Shown piece after piece: positions 1 through 12,079 of a stretch of DNA of 64,000 bases. Position 1 is the stretch's first letter. Each line of letters begins with the position of its first letter. The notes beneath the pieces are model-generated. The model was not told the origin of the DNA. It worked only from the letters and a program-made list of their open reading frames with translations, and did not search any database. The DNA is from Gekko japonicus (Eukaryota): positions 322,103 through 386,102 of the forward strand of contig NW_015173696.1 in the NCBI RefSeq assembly GCF_001447785.1, given 5' to 3'. Made by a program: the position numbers and the translations under genes.

Positions 1-895
1 ATTATAAAATTTGCCACCTAATGAGTCATCACAGAATGAAAAAGTCACTGTTTTGGCGCTTAGTCCTTAAGGGAGAAGGGATTAACGGAAAAAAGAGCAC
101 TCTTTTCTATAAAGGGATATTGATTGTAAAATCTCTATAGCTGCTTGGCTGCTTGCCCTCCTTCACCTTCTTCCTTGTGAGCTCCTACGATACTAAATTC
201 TAAAAATGGAGTGAAGCTATTTATTGGAAGACTTGCCATGCTTGTCACTCTCTAGGTTTCGAATAGCTTGCTGGCAGCAAAGGAAGCTGAAAATATGCTG
301 ACGACCAAGAACTGTCATTTCAACCAGAGATTCTTCTGAGCAACCATCAGAGTGGCAATGGCTTAAAAGAAATGGAATGATTGATTCAAATGTAAAAGTC
401 TCATGTGAGTTCTATATATGACTGATAGCAATAGAGCTCGATCAAAAGTATTTTTTCTTGCCACATTTAATTGACAGCAATCAGTTGTAATGGGAAAGAT
501 GTGGAATTAGTGCACAGACTAGAGATGGAGGAAAATGTCTTTTTGTTTGTTTGTTTGTTTTCTGGTCTGTTTTTATGTTGGAGAAGAATCCCAAACCTGC
601 ACAGTCAGTTAAACTGCTGGCCCACAAGGCCTCAGATGAAGAGAAGAGGGAGCTTGGGAAAAACCTGGTTCCTGCTCCTCTCTCCATCTCCTTTCATATG
701 CAGTTTTGTTGGGTAGCCAGGGACCTCTTCCTCACTTCTCCCCTCTCAGGTCATTGTAAAGGGACCACTTCAAATTATGCATGCCCCCTGGGCATTCCCA
801 CATGCTAATGAGTAAGCCGAGCCTCCTCACAAGACACAGGGAGCCCCTTTACCTTTTGGCACATTAGGGACCCACCCCTGAGCCTCGCTTGATGG

Positions 896-1240
896 TAGAG
901 TTGCCAGTTCTCAGGTGGCAGTCCCCTATTGGGGATTGGTGAGGTGGAAACTGCTAGGATGTCACTTCCTGTTTGGAATTGGAAGTGTTGTCATGGTGCT
1001 CCAGGGATTTCCAAAGCTCTATGGTTTATACCATAGAGATTTGAAGATTCCAATGTTACTTCCTGTTCTGAAACAGTAAATGATCTCCCAGCTATTATCA
1101 ACACCATTTTCCCTTCCCATTTCCACCCTGCTGCTCTACGGAGCAAGGGCTGGGGACAGGGAGTGTTGCTAGTAGGTCTCTCTCTGGAACCAGATAAGCA
1201 GCAGCCTTTTCCTTGCTGCAGCGGGGCTATGGCAACCTTT
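896..1240. mobile_element. Degenerate hAT-Blackjack-like non-autonomous DNA transposon
   Basis: Begins TAGAGTTGCCAG and ends TGGCAACCTTT. The internal palindrome ctctatggt-ttat-accatagag and the gatgtcacttcc motifs recur in the element at 6411-9437. Confidence 0.45.
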
Positions 1241-2684
1241 TCTTCACCTTGTGGCAGCTCCCAGTTGGGGCCAAGTTTCTCTCCACTCCTGACATGTACA
1301 TTGTCACCACAGGCAGTTTCTGCTTTTGGTACTGTTGATTCAAGTGCTTCTTTTATGCAGTTTATGTAGTATTTATACATATATATCTTTAATAAATACA
1401 CATATAATGTATAATACTAACTTGATGATACAAAAATAACCTTGGAAAAATGTGTCTTCTACAGGAAAACAACAACAACAACAGAAAATGGCACCAAAGA
1501 TTCATGGGTTCAGTCTGCACAAGGGAGAAACAAAATTTAAACAGGGATGTGTCAATTAAAGCAAGCAAGCTTGTGAACTTTGCTCACACCTCTAGTGCAG
1601 ACCAAAGACACACACAGACTCCTGACATATTATTTCATGTGGTCTGAAACATGTAGGAGATAAGAAATCAGCTATACTTCTCACCCTAATTAAATGGTAC
1701 CCAAGAGAGCAATATTTTTTTCCCTCTGTAAAGTTACACTGCTCTAGAACTAAGCAGCATTTTGAACTGCAATCGATTCACTGGATGTTATATTTTTAAA
1801 AGAAAGAATTTATCCTTAGATATTGCTATAAAGACCACATGATAATGAGGGTACAAGCTGTAGATGCTCTGCATTGTAGTCAGTGCAAGTTAGAGAGTTC
1901 AATGAGCAAAATGATTTGCAGGTAACCCACAAGTCAGCCCTGAACAACTAACCAACTCAAGCAACCATCTGTGCCAAGAGTTCAGTACACCTCCTGTTTG
2001 GGCTGCCTGCCAGGACTGCAAAAAACAGGGTGTATGTATGTGTGTGTGTGTCAAGCACTCAGCAATACGTATTGCATGGCTGGTGTGATGCATTCCAGTT
2101 CTGAAGCTTGCAAATTGTGTAAGCCAGCTACAGCACCTCCATCTTTTTTCCCTTGAGAAAAAGCAGTTCTGTCTTATACCATACCAAAAACTGCTTTCCT
2201 GTGGGAAAATGACTAATATTCTGCTGTTCACATGGAGCTGGAATCTCCCAGACTGTGATTCATACACAATATGTTCTTCGGATTTACTGGACCACTACAC
2301 AACACATTTCTGGCCAGGTCAGCCCCAGTCATAGGCTGGGAAAGTTTCTGTCTGCGGCTTATAGTTAACAGTCACTTTAAAGAGGTATTTTATACCATTT
2401 TTCTATCTAGTGGGGGACTCTAAACAACTTATACAATAAAGTTTAAATAGAAAGTAAAAAGAGCATGAAGTATTTCTTCTTTAAGGAAGAGATGAGTTGG
2501 GTTCCCAAAACATCCCTTAGGAAACAAATTCACATGTCTAGCCATGTTTGATTATAGAAGTCTTTCCCTCCCTTGTTGATGTTCAGATGCCAAAGATTTC
2601 AGGCAAGCTGGCCCAAGCAGCTAATGATCTGATAATTTAAGACATTGTTTTAAGCCTATTGACTTTGATAGGCTTAGAAGGGTC

Positions 2685-3080
2685 CAGGGCTCTTTTTGTA
2701 GAAAAAGCCCAGCAGGGACTCATTAGCATAATAGGCCACACCCAACAGCAGGAACTCATTAGCATATTAGGCCACACCCCTGACAGCACAGCTCATTGGC
2801 ACATTAGGCCGCACCCCCATGTTACCAGAAGTGTGGTTATCCAGCCACACCCACCTTTTGCGTGTTATTCTGTTTACCTTGTTTATTGTCAAAACCCAGG
2901 GCTTTTTTTGTAGCAGGAACTCCTTTGCATGTTAGGCCACACACCCCTAATGTAGCCAATCATAATGGGTTTCTGCTGTTGGGCGTGGCCTGTTATGCTA
3001 ATGAGTTCCTTTTGGGCATGGCCAACTTGGGAGCCAGCCGGAACTCTGTTCCTGTGTGTTCCTACCCAAAAATAGCCCTG
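2685..3080. mobile_element. Non-autonomous hAT (CAGGGCTTTTT-type) with internal sub-repeats
   Basis: TIR-like ends CAGGGCTCTTTTTG and CAAAAATAGCCCTG, a second internal CAGGGCTTTTTTTG at ~2898, and about 5 copies of an attaggccacaccc motif. No clean TSD seen. Confidence 0.55.
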
Positions 3081-3467
3081 GGTGTAACTGTTTAGGATTG
3101 CACTTTCTGTCTCTCAGCTAGCATGGCTATAAGCTAAGAACCCTTTGGGTCTTGCCCATTACTCTCCTGCCTTGACTTCTTTTTTCATAGTTCTAAGTTC
3201 TTCCATATCAATATAAAATATGGCTTATTCTTAACATTAGCCTCATTTGCATGTGGAGTAAGGTTGTTAGCAAACTTCATGACAACTCTAGTTGGCTTCA
3301 AAAGTTCTCCATGCTCAAGATGAAACTGCGATCATTCTCTCTGCTGACCCATTTAATAAAATTTGATAAAAACAGTGCCATTAAAATTGATGTCTGCTTT
3401 TTTTTTTTGAATAGCACATAAATGTATAAATGACATGTAGGATAAAAATACATAATAAAAAGGTAGG

Positions 3468-4194
3468 TGTGACCCCTTGGACAGCTCTGTGGGGCTCTGG
3501 CAGCATCAGCACACTCCTGATAGCCTGGCCAGGAAAAAAAAAACAACAGGGCCAGGCTGGGAAAAGTGCAGGGACACTAGCAGGAGGGTGGAGATTGTTC
3601 CAATCAGCAGGACAGTTGAAAGGCAGCTGGGATCAAAGGAAGCCATGGATGGAGTACAGCAATACCCTGTCAGGAGATCAAGTAGCCTGGCTGAGTCAGC
3701 AAGACATGGACAGCAAGGCAGCTGGGGGCTGTCTGTCACTGGGACCTATGTGTATGTCCAAGACTCAGTACAGACCAAGAAGACAGTCAAGCCCACCCAG
3801 TGGAGGAGGGAACCAAGGAGCTTGGAAGGGGTGAGGGAGAAGGCTTTGAAGATTGAAGGCAGGCAGCCACAAGAGAAAAATTCCAAGATAAGGGCCCCTG
3901 AAGAGGTGTGCCTGCCAGGGCAGTGGGGACCAGGGACCATACTCTCTAAGGCAACCCTGGAGAGTCAAGAAACAACCTGTCTGGAAGGCACAATGGTGTG
4001 AAGGAAGGGGACTGGAAGGCTGCACAGAGACACCTGGTGGTGGCAGTGATTTCTGGCACTTTGTGGACCTGGTGAGTTGTGAGGCCAAGGGGGATCCTCT
4101 GGGAACCAAGTTGTGAGGCTAAGGAGGATTCCTGGGAAACCGACTACCAGCCAACAGTCAGTCACCCCATCTGAGGGCATAGTTGACAGTCACA
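3468..4194 (+). mobile_element. Probable solo LTR (Gypsy/ERV-type)
   Basis: Ends TGTGAC...GTCACA, flanked by a 5-bp near-direct repeat gtagg (3463-3467) / gaagg (4195-4199). GC-richer than its flanks. Confidence 0.55.
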
Positions 4195-4672
4195 GAAGGG
4201 AAATCTGCACAACAACAAAAAAAAGCAAGTTAAATAGTTTTTATGTACGAAAACAAAAGAAATGAATATATAATTGTGCATCCCTAATACTGACCCAGCC
4301 TATGGACCACAGAAAACTGGGTTCCTGCCAGTCAGTCATGTTTCTTAAAATATAGCATTGTTATAGCCTCAGGCAATGAAGATACACACAAAATGTGAGA
4401 TCAGTCTATCCCCTTCAGTTACAATGTACAGGCAACAGATATCTATGTACAGTCTATAACTGGAGAGAGGATGAGATTAGCAGCATGCCCTGTCCATGAC
4501 TCCAGCTGTTCACTGTACCTTGTGTGAAGAGCGCTTGTTTGTTAAACCATATATGCATAGGTTCTTGCTGCATACGTACAGATTATGCTGGCATAGGCTC
4601 TATGTGCAAGCTATGATCAACACATAAATGTTTAGGACCCAGCCAACTGCTGTGATCCTATTTTCCTTACCT

Positions 4673-4985
4673 TGTGGTATCCTCTGAGGCATGGTGGATG
4701 GGGTAAACTTACCTATTGGCACATCCTTCAGTCCTGCTCAATAGCCAGAACACAGGAGACTCTGGTAGCTTCAATAAAAGGTGTCTTTATTGCTTCCAAC
4801 TGGGAGTGAACACTTATAGATGGAGAATACTAAAACACACACTGGAAGCCTGCAACCAACACACACACACAGAACAACACCTGAGTGAGGTCCGTCCCAT
4901 ATGAGCCTCCAGCGGAAGAACGGAAACTAGCTTTTGAGGCCTCATTTAAAGGTACACACACAGATATACATCATGGTACATCACA
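4673..4985 (-). mobile_element. Probable short solo LTR
   Basis: TGTG...CACA ends, flanks tacct / aacct (5 bp, 1 mismatch), minus-strand AATAAA (tttatt at ~4786). Confidence 0.4.
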
Positions 4986-5967
4986 AACCTCATGTTCATT
5001 GTACCTAGATGTCAGTTAACTGCCGAGGGCTTCTGGCACACTGAATTATCCACTGCTAGATTGTTAATAACTTTAAGCAATTACAGAAATTTAGAGATCT
5101 AACTATTTCAACAAATACATTTTTAACAGACCAGTCTTGAGGTCAGAATTCAACGTGTACTTCATTTTAGGCACACAAAAAATATAGTCTCAATACATTA
5201 ATACAATTTCTTATTAAATCTGATGAACCAGGACCTCCTTGCTGGAAAGAAAATAAGTAAGCAGGGTAACTAAGAGCTCTGAGAATGATCTACAAAGTGC
5301 CAATCAACATGTGAAGTAGAGACCTGAAGTACCAGAAGTGGTAATTTATCAGTCTCTGATGTAAATGGAGTGGTATAAGGGTAGTCATTAAAGATGTAAT
5401 TCATAATCTTATGTTTGAAAATGCATGCAGCTACAAACCATATGAAATATGATGAGAAATGAAATTTGCCTCCTAAAATGAAACAGAGCACCATTTCACA
5501 GCAGTACATGGCATCAAACACATTATGTGATGACCTGGCTAGTGGAAGCCTCACTGAATTTCAATAAGAGAGGATTTTAGAAAGTGCTTGATATTAAGCA
5601 GTTCTTTCATTAGGAACTAGCAGGGTCCTCGGCATAAGCTTTTTATTGTGCTGTTGCCCCAATATTGACAGGTGCTGGGAACAGACCATTTGCAACTGAT
5701 GATTTGATTTTTGCATATAAGATTTCGAGCAATTGAACTTCCTTTCCATACAATGCCCAGTTTCTCTTGAGATGATTAGTTTGATGATTTGATCATAATT
5801 CAAAATGAGCTGCAGTTTGACTGCTTCTGCGTTTGAGCATTTGGGAGCAATCAGCATGGTGGATTTCCAGACAGCTGCTGTTGGCACATGCCCACAATTT
5901 GCTGCTTATTGGATGACTATGTCCCATGGTCATCACTCTTTTAAATCAGCTACCTTTTCAGTGTCTG

Positions 5968-6011
5968 AGCTCTGCAGTTGACATTATTTAGCTCTGCAGT
6001 TGACATTATTT
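5968..6011. repeat. 22-bp perfect tandem duplication
   Basis: agctctgcagttgacattattt x2. Confidence 0.9.
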
Positions 6012-7280
6012 ATCATATTGGTGCATGCTTGGAAATAGCAGGATTGAACTTTGGTTACTATGTAATCCTGCAAGAAAACAAGGACACACAATTTGTGAAC
6101 CTGTTCAGAACACTCAATTAACAAAAACCCACTCAGCTCTGAAAGTCCAGCAATTAAACTAGGCAAGGCTGGAATGCTAGTCAGACAATTCATGTAAAGC
6201 CTTACCACTACAACATCTCCAGCAGGCTTGAAATAATCAAGAAAGTTCAAGTTTCTTCTGATTTAACAGCCCAAAGGCCATACAAGATAAGCAAAATTTT
6301 AAGAATTAAAAATCACAATAAAACAGAAGTTTGCAATGTCCATAGTACAGCTTTTATGGAGGCTACTCAAAAGTAATCTTACTCTTGAGATATCAGGAAT
6401 GGCTGAGTACTAGAGTTGCCAGGTTCACTTACCTGGCCAGTGCAGGGGTCCTGATGTCCGTCTGGGAGACTGGAAGTGATGTCGGGTAACTTCCAGTAAA
6501 ATGAGAAGAGCAGGCCCCAACAGAAATGCAGGCCCTTGGCGGGGAAGGTGAGGTACAAATTAGAAGAATCTCTCCCTTATAATAAAAGAATAGTGGGTGC
6601 CAAAGTTCTAAAATTGGCCCCTTTAGTGTTAGGCTGAAAAAACTGCCACTCGGAAGACACTGGCTGGGTTCATTGGCTGCTTTGTGCAGTCCCGGCCAGT
6701 GTTCCAAGGTCATTTACATATGGAAGCTGATTGGACTACACTCCATTCCACACCTCAAACTCCCCCCCCCCCCTGCAAGGCAGTTGGAATTTTCAGTTGG
6801 GAGAGGAGAATGATGTCAGCTGCTCCCTAGGCAGAGGCTGTGTGTGTGGGGGTTTTTTTTGTAAAGACAGAGAGGCAGATAAAGGTTGGCTGATGGTTGC
6901 CAACTCCAGGTTGGAACTCCAGGACATAGGGTTGCCAACTCCAGGTTGGAAACTTCCAGGATATTTTAGGGATGAAGCCTGCTGAGGGTGGGATCTGAGG
7001 AGGAGAAGGAAGAGGGGGACCTCAGACAGATACAATGCCATGCTGCCCACACTCCAGACAAGCTGTTGCCAGTCTCCAGGTGACAGCTGGAGAGATCTTA
7101 AAGCTTTGGTGCTACTTCAAAGTTCCCCAGGAGCCCAAAACAGAGAAGTGTTTTGGAAAATCTTGAGGAATTGTTTGGTGCATTTACGATGGGGCTCCTG
7201 GGGAACTATTGTTGCCAATCTTGGCCCAGCAGCCATCAAACCATTCTCTTCAACCCCCTGCTGTGCAGCTGACTTCCCCC

Positions 7281-7505
7281 TAGGGTTGCCAATCTCCAGG
7301 TGGGACCTGGAGATCTCCCACTGCTACAATTGATCTCCAGATGACAGAGATCAGTTCCCCTAGAGAAAATGACTGCTTTAGGAGGGTAGACCCTATGACA
7401 TTATACCTGCTGAGTCCTTCCGCCCCCCCCCCGCCCAATGCTGCCCTCTACAGAATCCACCCCCCAAACCTCCAGGTATTTCCCTCCTTAGAGCTGGCAA
7501 CCCTA
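7281..7505. mobile_element. ~225-bp Blackjack-like MITE (TAGGGTTGCCA family)
   Basis: TIRs TAGGGTTGCCA / TGGCAACCCTA. Body homologous to 59855-60046 and to the modules at 6928, 8455 and 8732. Confidence 0.8.
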
Positions 7506-7690
7506 CATTCCCCTCAGTGCCTGTTGGGAGTGGGTGGTGGGGGAGGGGAAGGGAGTGGGCGACCGGAGGCTTCTGCCTCCTGTCTCCGGTCCTGGAGTGG
7601 GGGAGGGTGGAAACGGACCCGGCAGCCGGAGGCTTGCACCTCCAGTCGCCGGCCCTGGAGTGAGTGGGGTTGGGTGGGGGGAAACGGACC

Positions 7691-8183
7691 NNNNNNNNNN
7701 NNNNNNNNNNNNNNNNNNNNNNNNNNNNNNNNNNNNNNNNNNNNNNNNNNNNNNNNNNNNNNNNNNNNNNNNNNNNNNNNNNNNNNNNNNNNNNNNNNNN
7801 NNNNNNNNNNNNNNNNNNNNNNNNNNNNNNNNNNNNNNNNNNNNNNNNNNNNNNNNNNNNNNNNNNNNNNNNNNNNNNNNNNNNNNNNNNNNNNNNNNNN
7901 NNNNNNNNNNNNNNNNNNNNNNNNNNNNNNNNNNNNNNNNNNNNNNNNNNNNNNNNNNNNNNNNNNNNNNNNNNNNNNNNNNNNNNNNNNNNNNNNNNNN
8001 NNNNNNNNNNNNNNNNNNNNNNNNNNNNNNNNNNNNNNNNNNNNNNNNNNNNNNNNNNNNNNNNNNNNNNNNNNNNNNNNNNNNNNNNNNNNNNNNNNNN
8101 NNNNNNNNNNNNNNNNNNNNNNNNNNNNNNNNNNNNNNNNNNNNNNNNNNNNNNNNNNNNNNNNNNNNNNNNNNNNNNNNNNN
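7691..8183. other. Assembly gap (N run) inside a GC-rich minisatellite
   Basis: N bases with CpG-rich repeated units on both sides. Confidence 0.99.
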
Positions 8184-9492
8184 GCTGGAGTGGCCGCGGG
8201 GGGGTCTGGAGTCGGGCGGCCGCTGGCGGGGGACGCAGTCGCCCGGGCCGAGATTGGGGGGGCAAGGCGGGCGACAGAAGGCCGATGCCTCCGTCGCCCG
8301 GCCCTCTACAGAATCCACCCCCCAAACCTCCAGGTATTTCCCTCCTTAGAGCTGGCAACCCTACATTCCCCTCAGTGCCTGTTGGTAGGCAACTAAGCTT
8401 GGTCCTGTCACCTACTTTGGCCTTTGGGAGAAAACACATTGGGGCCAATCCTGATAGGGTTGCCAACTCCAGATGGGAAATTCCTGGAGACTTGAGGGAT
8501 GGAGCCTGAAGAGGGTGAGGTTTGAGGAGGGGTGGGACCTCAGACAGGTACACTGCCATAGATTCCACCCTCCAAACCAGTCAGTCCCACATAGGGAACC
8601 ATTGTTGCCAATCTCCAGGTGAGGGCTGGAGAGCACTCAGTATTACAACTGCTCTGCAGAAGGGAGGGCAGAAGTCAGCTGAAGTCAAAGGGGCAGATAA
8701 TGGTAGGTTGATGGCTAGCTGGGAAGGAGATGGGGTTGCCAACTACATGCTGACAAATTCCTGGGGATTTGAGGGGTGGAGCCTGGAGAGGGTGGGATTT
8801 GCAGAGGGGTGGGACCTCAGACAGGTAGAATGCCATAGACTCCATCCTCCAAACCAGCCATTTTGTCCAGGGTAACAATTGTTGCCAATCTCCAGGTGAG
8901 GGCTACAGATTACTTACAATTACAACGGCTCTTCAGGTAGCAGAGATCAGTTCCTCTGGAGAAAACAGTGGACTCTGTCATTATACCCTGCTGAGGTCAC
9001 CACAGCAAATTGACACTGTTTGCCCAAAGCCAGAGCACTGCCCCAGAGCCTCTTTCTAGATCCCGTTGTATTGCTTTCACAACGGCCTTTACTGCTAGTA
9101 AATAAATAATACAATAAATGGTGTCACCCAGAAGTGACATTATCATGTCAGAGATGTCAGGGGCAATGCTCCAGTTTTTGGCTAAAACTCTATGGTAAAA
9201 TTGGCTTCAAACCATAGAGTTTTGTCCACAAACCAGAGTGTTGCCCCACTGATGTCCCCAACGTGATGATGTCACTTCTGGGTGACATCATCATGTCAGG
9301 GCCTGCACTTCTGGTTTTACTGGAATTCACCCAGGAAGATCAACTGGAGGCAGGATTTTCCACTGCTGGCTAGCTGGCTGGTGGCGGGCAAGAGCCCAGC
9401 AAAAGTGGGGGTTCCCCTGCCCCCACTGGGAACCCTACTGAGTGCTTTAATAACCAAAAGCAACTAACACAGATGGATAAAAGAGCAGACAA

Positions 9493-10253
9493 AATAACCA
9501 AAAGCAACTAACACAGGTGGATAAAAGAGCAGACAAAACAGACAGAGCCATCAAGAGAGTTGAAACAAAGACCAAAGATATTGAACAAAAACTGGGGGAA
9601 GTGGAAAAAGAAAGACTCTCAGATAAAGGCTAATTGCTGCAACTCCAAATGGAAAGATCAATGTATGTACTACACTTTCAAGGTGTTCCTGAGCAAAAAG
9701 GAGAAAATTTAAAAGTAATTTTAAGGGAACTATTAGCACCAATGACAGATCTTAAGCAAGAGACCCTGCAAAATGATATGGACTTGGCTTACCGAACCTA
9801 TCCAGATGTTATAAAGAAAAACAAACTGCCTGGAGAAATATATGTGAAATTCTCTAAGAGATCTACCAGAGACAATGTTTTGAAAGCCACATCTGGAAAA
9901 GTTCTGAAGGTTAAAGATGAAGAAGTTAAAATTTTAAAGGACATTCCATTCGAGATGCGGAAGCGAAGGCAGCAATACAAGGTTTTAACCTTCTTCCTCC
10001 ACAACAATTCAATCACTTATAGATGGATTTTTCCAGAGGGACTTGTATTCAACTATAAAGATATGAAGAATAAAATTGACTCTGTACAAAAAGCCAAAGA
10101 TTTTTTGAAACAACAACAAAGCCCGAGTAAAGATGAGAAAAAACCTGTGGACAATATTGAAGAAGAGGGAACCAGTGATGGAGGAACCGAAGACACCTCA
10201 AGTAGCTCTAGCAGTACCCCAGAAACCTCAGACTCGGAGAAGGGGGCAGCTGC
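9493..10253 (+). pseudogene. L1-clade ORF1p remnant (coiled coil, RRM, CTD)
   Basis: In-frame heptad-like segment, one stop at 9631-9633, then LHFQGVPEQKGENL...LPGEIYVKFS...VKILKDIPFEMRKRRQQY...ITYRWIFPEGLVF, typical of L1 ORF1p. Confidence 0.85.
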
Positions 10254-11035
10254 AGTTAGACTACTGTAATGCTCTCTACATGGGGCTGCCTTTGGGGCAG
10301 ATCTGGAAGCTGCAGCTAGTGCAGAATGCGGCGGCCAGGTTGATGATGGGTCTTCCCAAGTGGGAGAACATCCAGCATGGACTGAAAGTGCTGCACTCGC
10401 TGCCAATAGCATACCAAATCCACTTCAAAGTGCTGGTACTTACTTTTAAAGCCCTACATGGCCAGGGTCCGACTTACCTGAGGGACCGCCTTTCCCCACA
10501 TATACCCCCAAGAGCACTTCGGTCTGAGGCACAACATCGGCTGGTGGTTCCAGGCCCCCAGGAGGCAAGGCTCGCCATGACTAGGGCCAGATCCTTTTCA
10601 GTGGCAACCCCACCTGGTGGAATGAGCTCCCAGAGGAGATCAGGGCCCTGTGGGACCTTATGCAGTTCCGCAGGGCCTGTAAGACGGAGCTCTTCCGCCA
10701 GGCTTTCACATAGGGGCTGCCACTACCACCGCTACCAATGCGGTGGACAACATCAGGGTTAAGGATGGCCCGGGAAGATCTGCCACAATTTCTGCATGAC
10801 TGATACCACTGGATTTACCTGGTTGGGATAGGCTATAGGTTAACATCATCCCTGGAGAACTGTCTGTTTACCATCTGGCATGTATCCAGAGACCATCTTG
10901 TTTTTAAATTGAGTACAACTGTTATTAATGTTTTTAATGTTTTTATCTGTTTTATACGGGCTTTGCCCCTTGTAAGTCGCCCTGAACTCGCTCTGTGGGG
11001 AGGGCGGGGTAAAAATCTAACTAAATAAATAAAAT
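10254..11035 (+). mobile_element. L2 LINE 3' fragment
   Basis: LDYCNALYMGLP...LQLVQNAAARL...LHSLPI...FKVLVLTFKALHG..P.YL motif, tail tgtaagtcgccctga...(taaa)n. Confidence 0.9.
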
Positions 11036-12079
11036 ACCTAAAATGAATCTGAAGTCCAAGAAGAAGAAACGTATAAGATAAATGGATATTTCAACCGCAT
11101 ATGTGATTATAAAACACCAGAGACTAGTATTAAGATTAAGGTAATGTTAACCAGAATTTTGATAAATTGATCTCTTTCTTATTATTGTAGGATTCTTATA
11201 TATACATTGTAACATTTAGATCACGATCCTTGTCTTAGCTTTTGTTTTAGATATAGTGTTTACCCCCTGTTCCCTTCCCTTTAGGATGTAGGTGATAAAA
11301 TGCAATATAAAAGTTATTTAAAAATAGCCAATAATGAAGAAAAGTAAAATAGTTCTATTGTAAGGTTCCCCCCCACCAACCCGTCCTGGTCAGCTGAATT
11401 TGACAGACGGGACAGGGACAGCTTCAGGAAAGTGATGCAATAATGTACATGCATAACACATCTGCAATTTAGAACAGTTCTGGGGGTTCAGTTAACAAAC
11501 AAGCATTTTTTCAAGTGATGATGTAGCTTGTAATTGGTGATCATATTACAATTCAAACAGAGCAGTGTTTGCCCATCACTCTTCTTACTGGATAATTTGC
11601 ATGAACAAAATCAGTTCAAGGATACATTAGCATGATGAAAAATACAACAGAGAGTGTGTTGGTTCTGAAGTCAGTGGGCTTAAAAAGCTGTCATTCTTGC
11701 ACAGCAAGTCTAGGTAAGGCTCAGAGCTAGTTCTGAAGACCAGGTAAGGAAATACAGTCAATGAATTTTTCATACAGCGACAGATTGGATAAATATACAA
11801 ACAAATGACTGTACTACAAAACAAGGTACCACAGAAGGTACTACATTTGAGATTCCTTCCATCATCTCTTAATCTCTTACCACATGAGCACTTTTTCCAG
11901 TTCTCTCTTGCTTCTTCTTCCACAAACACAGGCAGTCTGATAGCTTGACAACTATTTATTAACTCTGCCTATCTTGCCATTTGCTTGGGGACAGCGGGCA
12001 AGCTCCCACCCCAGGGCTGGTGGAGTTCTTCACTCCAGCAGGAGCAAAAAGCATGGCCAGGTAGCAATGTCACATGACA

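Larger units (their letters stand above)
6411..9437. mobile_element. Composite non-autonomous hAT (Blackjack-like) element, ~3 kb
   Basis: TIRs TAGAGTTGCCAG / CTGGGAACCCTA, 8-bp TSD ctgagtac (6403-6410) / ctgagtgc (9438-9445). The interior has repeated MITE modules and a ~165-bp palindrome (9122-9287). Confidence 0.7.
9449..11325 (+). mobile_element. 5'-truncated ORF1-only L1 derivative (HAL1-like), interrupted by L2
   Basis: Coiled-coil plus RRM/CTD ORF1. The frame appears to resume after the L2 (IPKMNLKSKKKKRIR*, stop 11079-11081), followed by a ~240-nt AT-rich tail ending aatataaaagttatttaaaaa. No ORF2. Confidence 0.7.

Noticed and set aside
3430-4109. Overlapping 114-174 aa ORFs
   Set aside because: They lie within a GC-rich solo LTR and have no recognisable domain.
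5270-6250. Minus-strand peptides faintly like a hAT dimerisation motif (LVLQVSTS...RSFS)
   Set aside because: The motif spans different frames with wrong spacing, and I found no other transposase motif, TIR or TSD.
7341-8568. 271-391 aa ORFs
   Set aside because: Artefacts of reading through the N gap.
9634-10762. Apparent two-ORF LINE (ORF1 overlapping ORF2)
   Set aside because: The second ORF is an unrelated L2 3' fragment inserted into the ORF1 tail, not a cognate ORF2.
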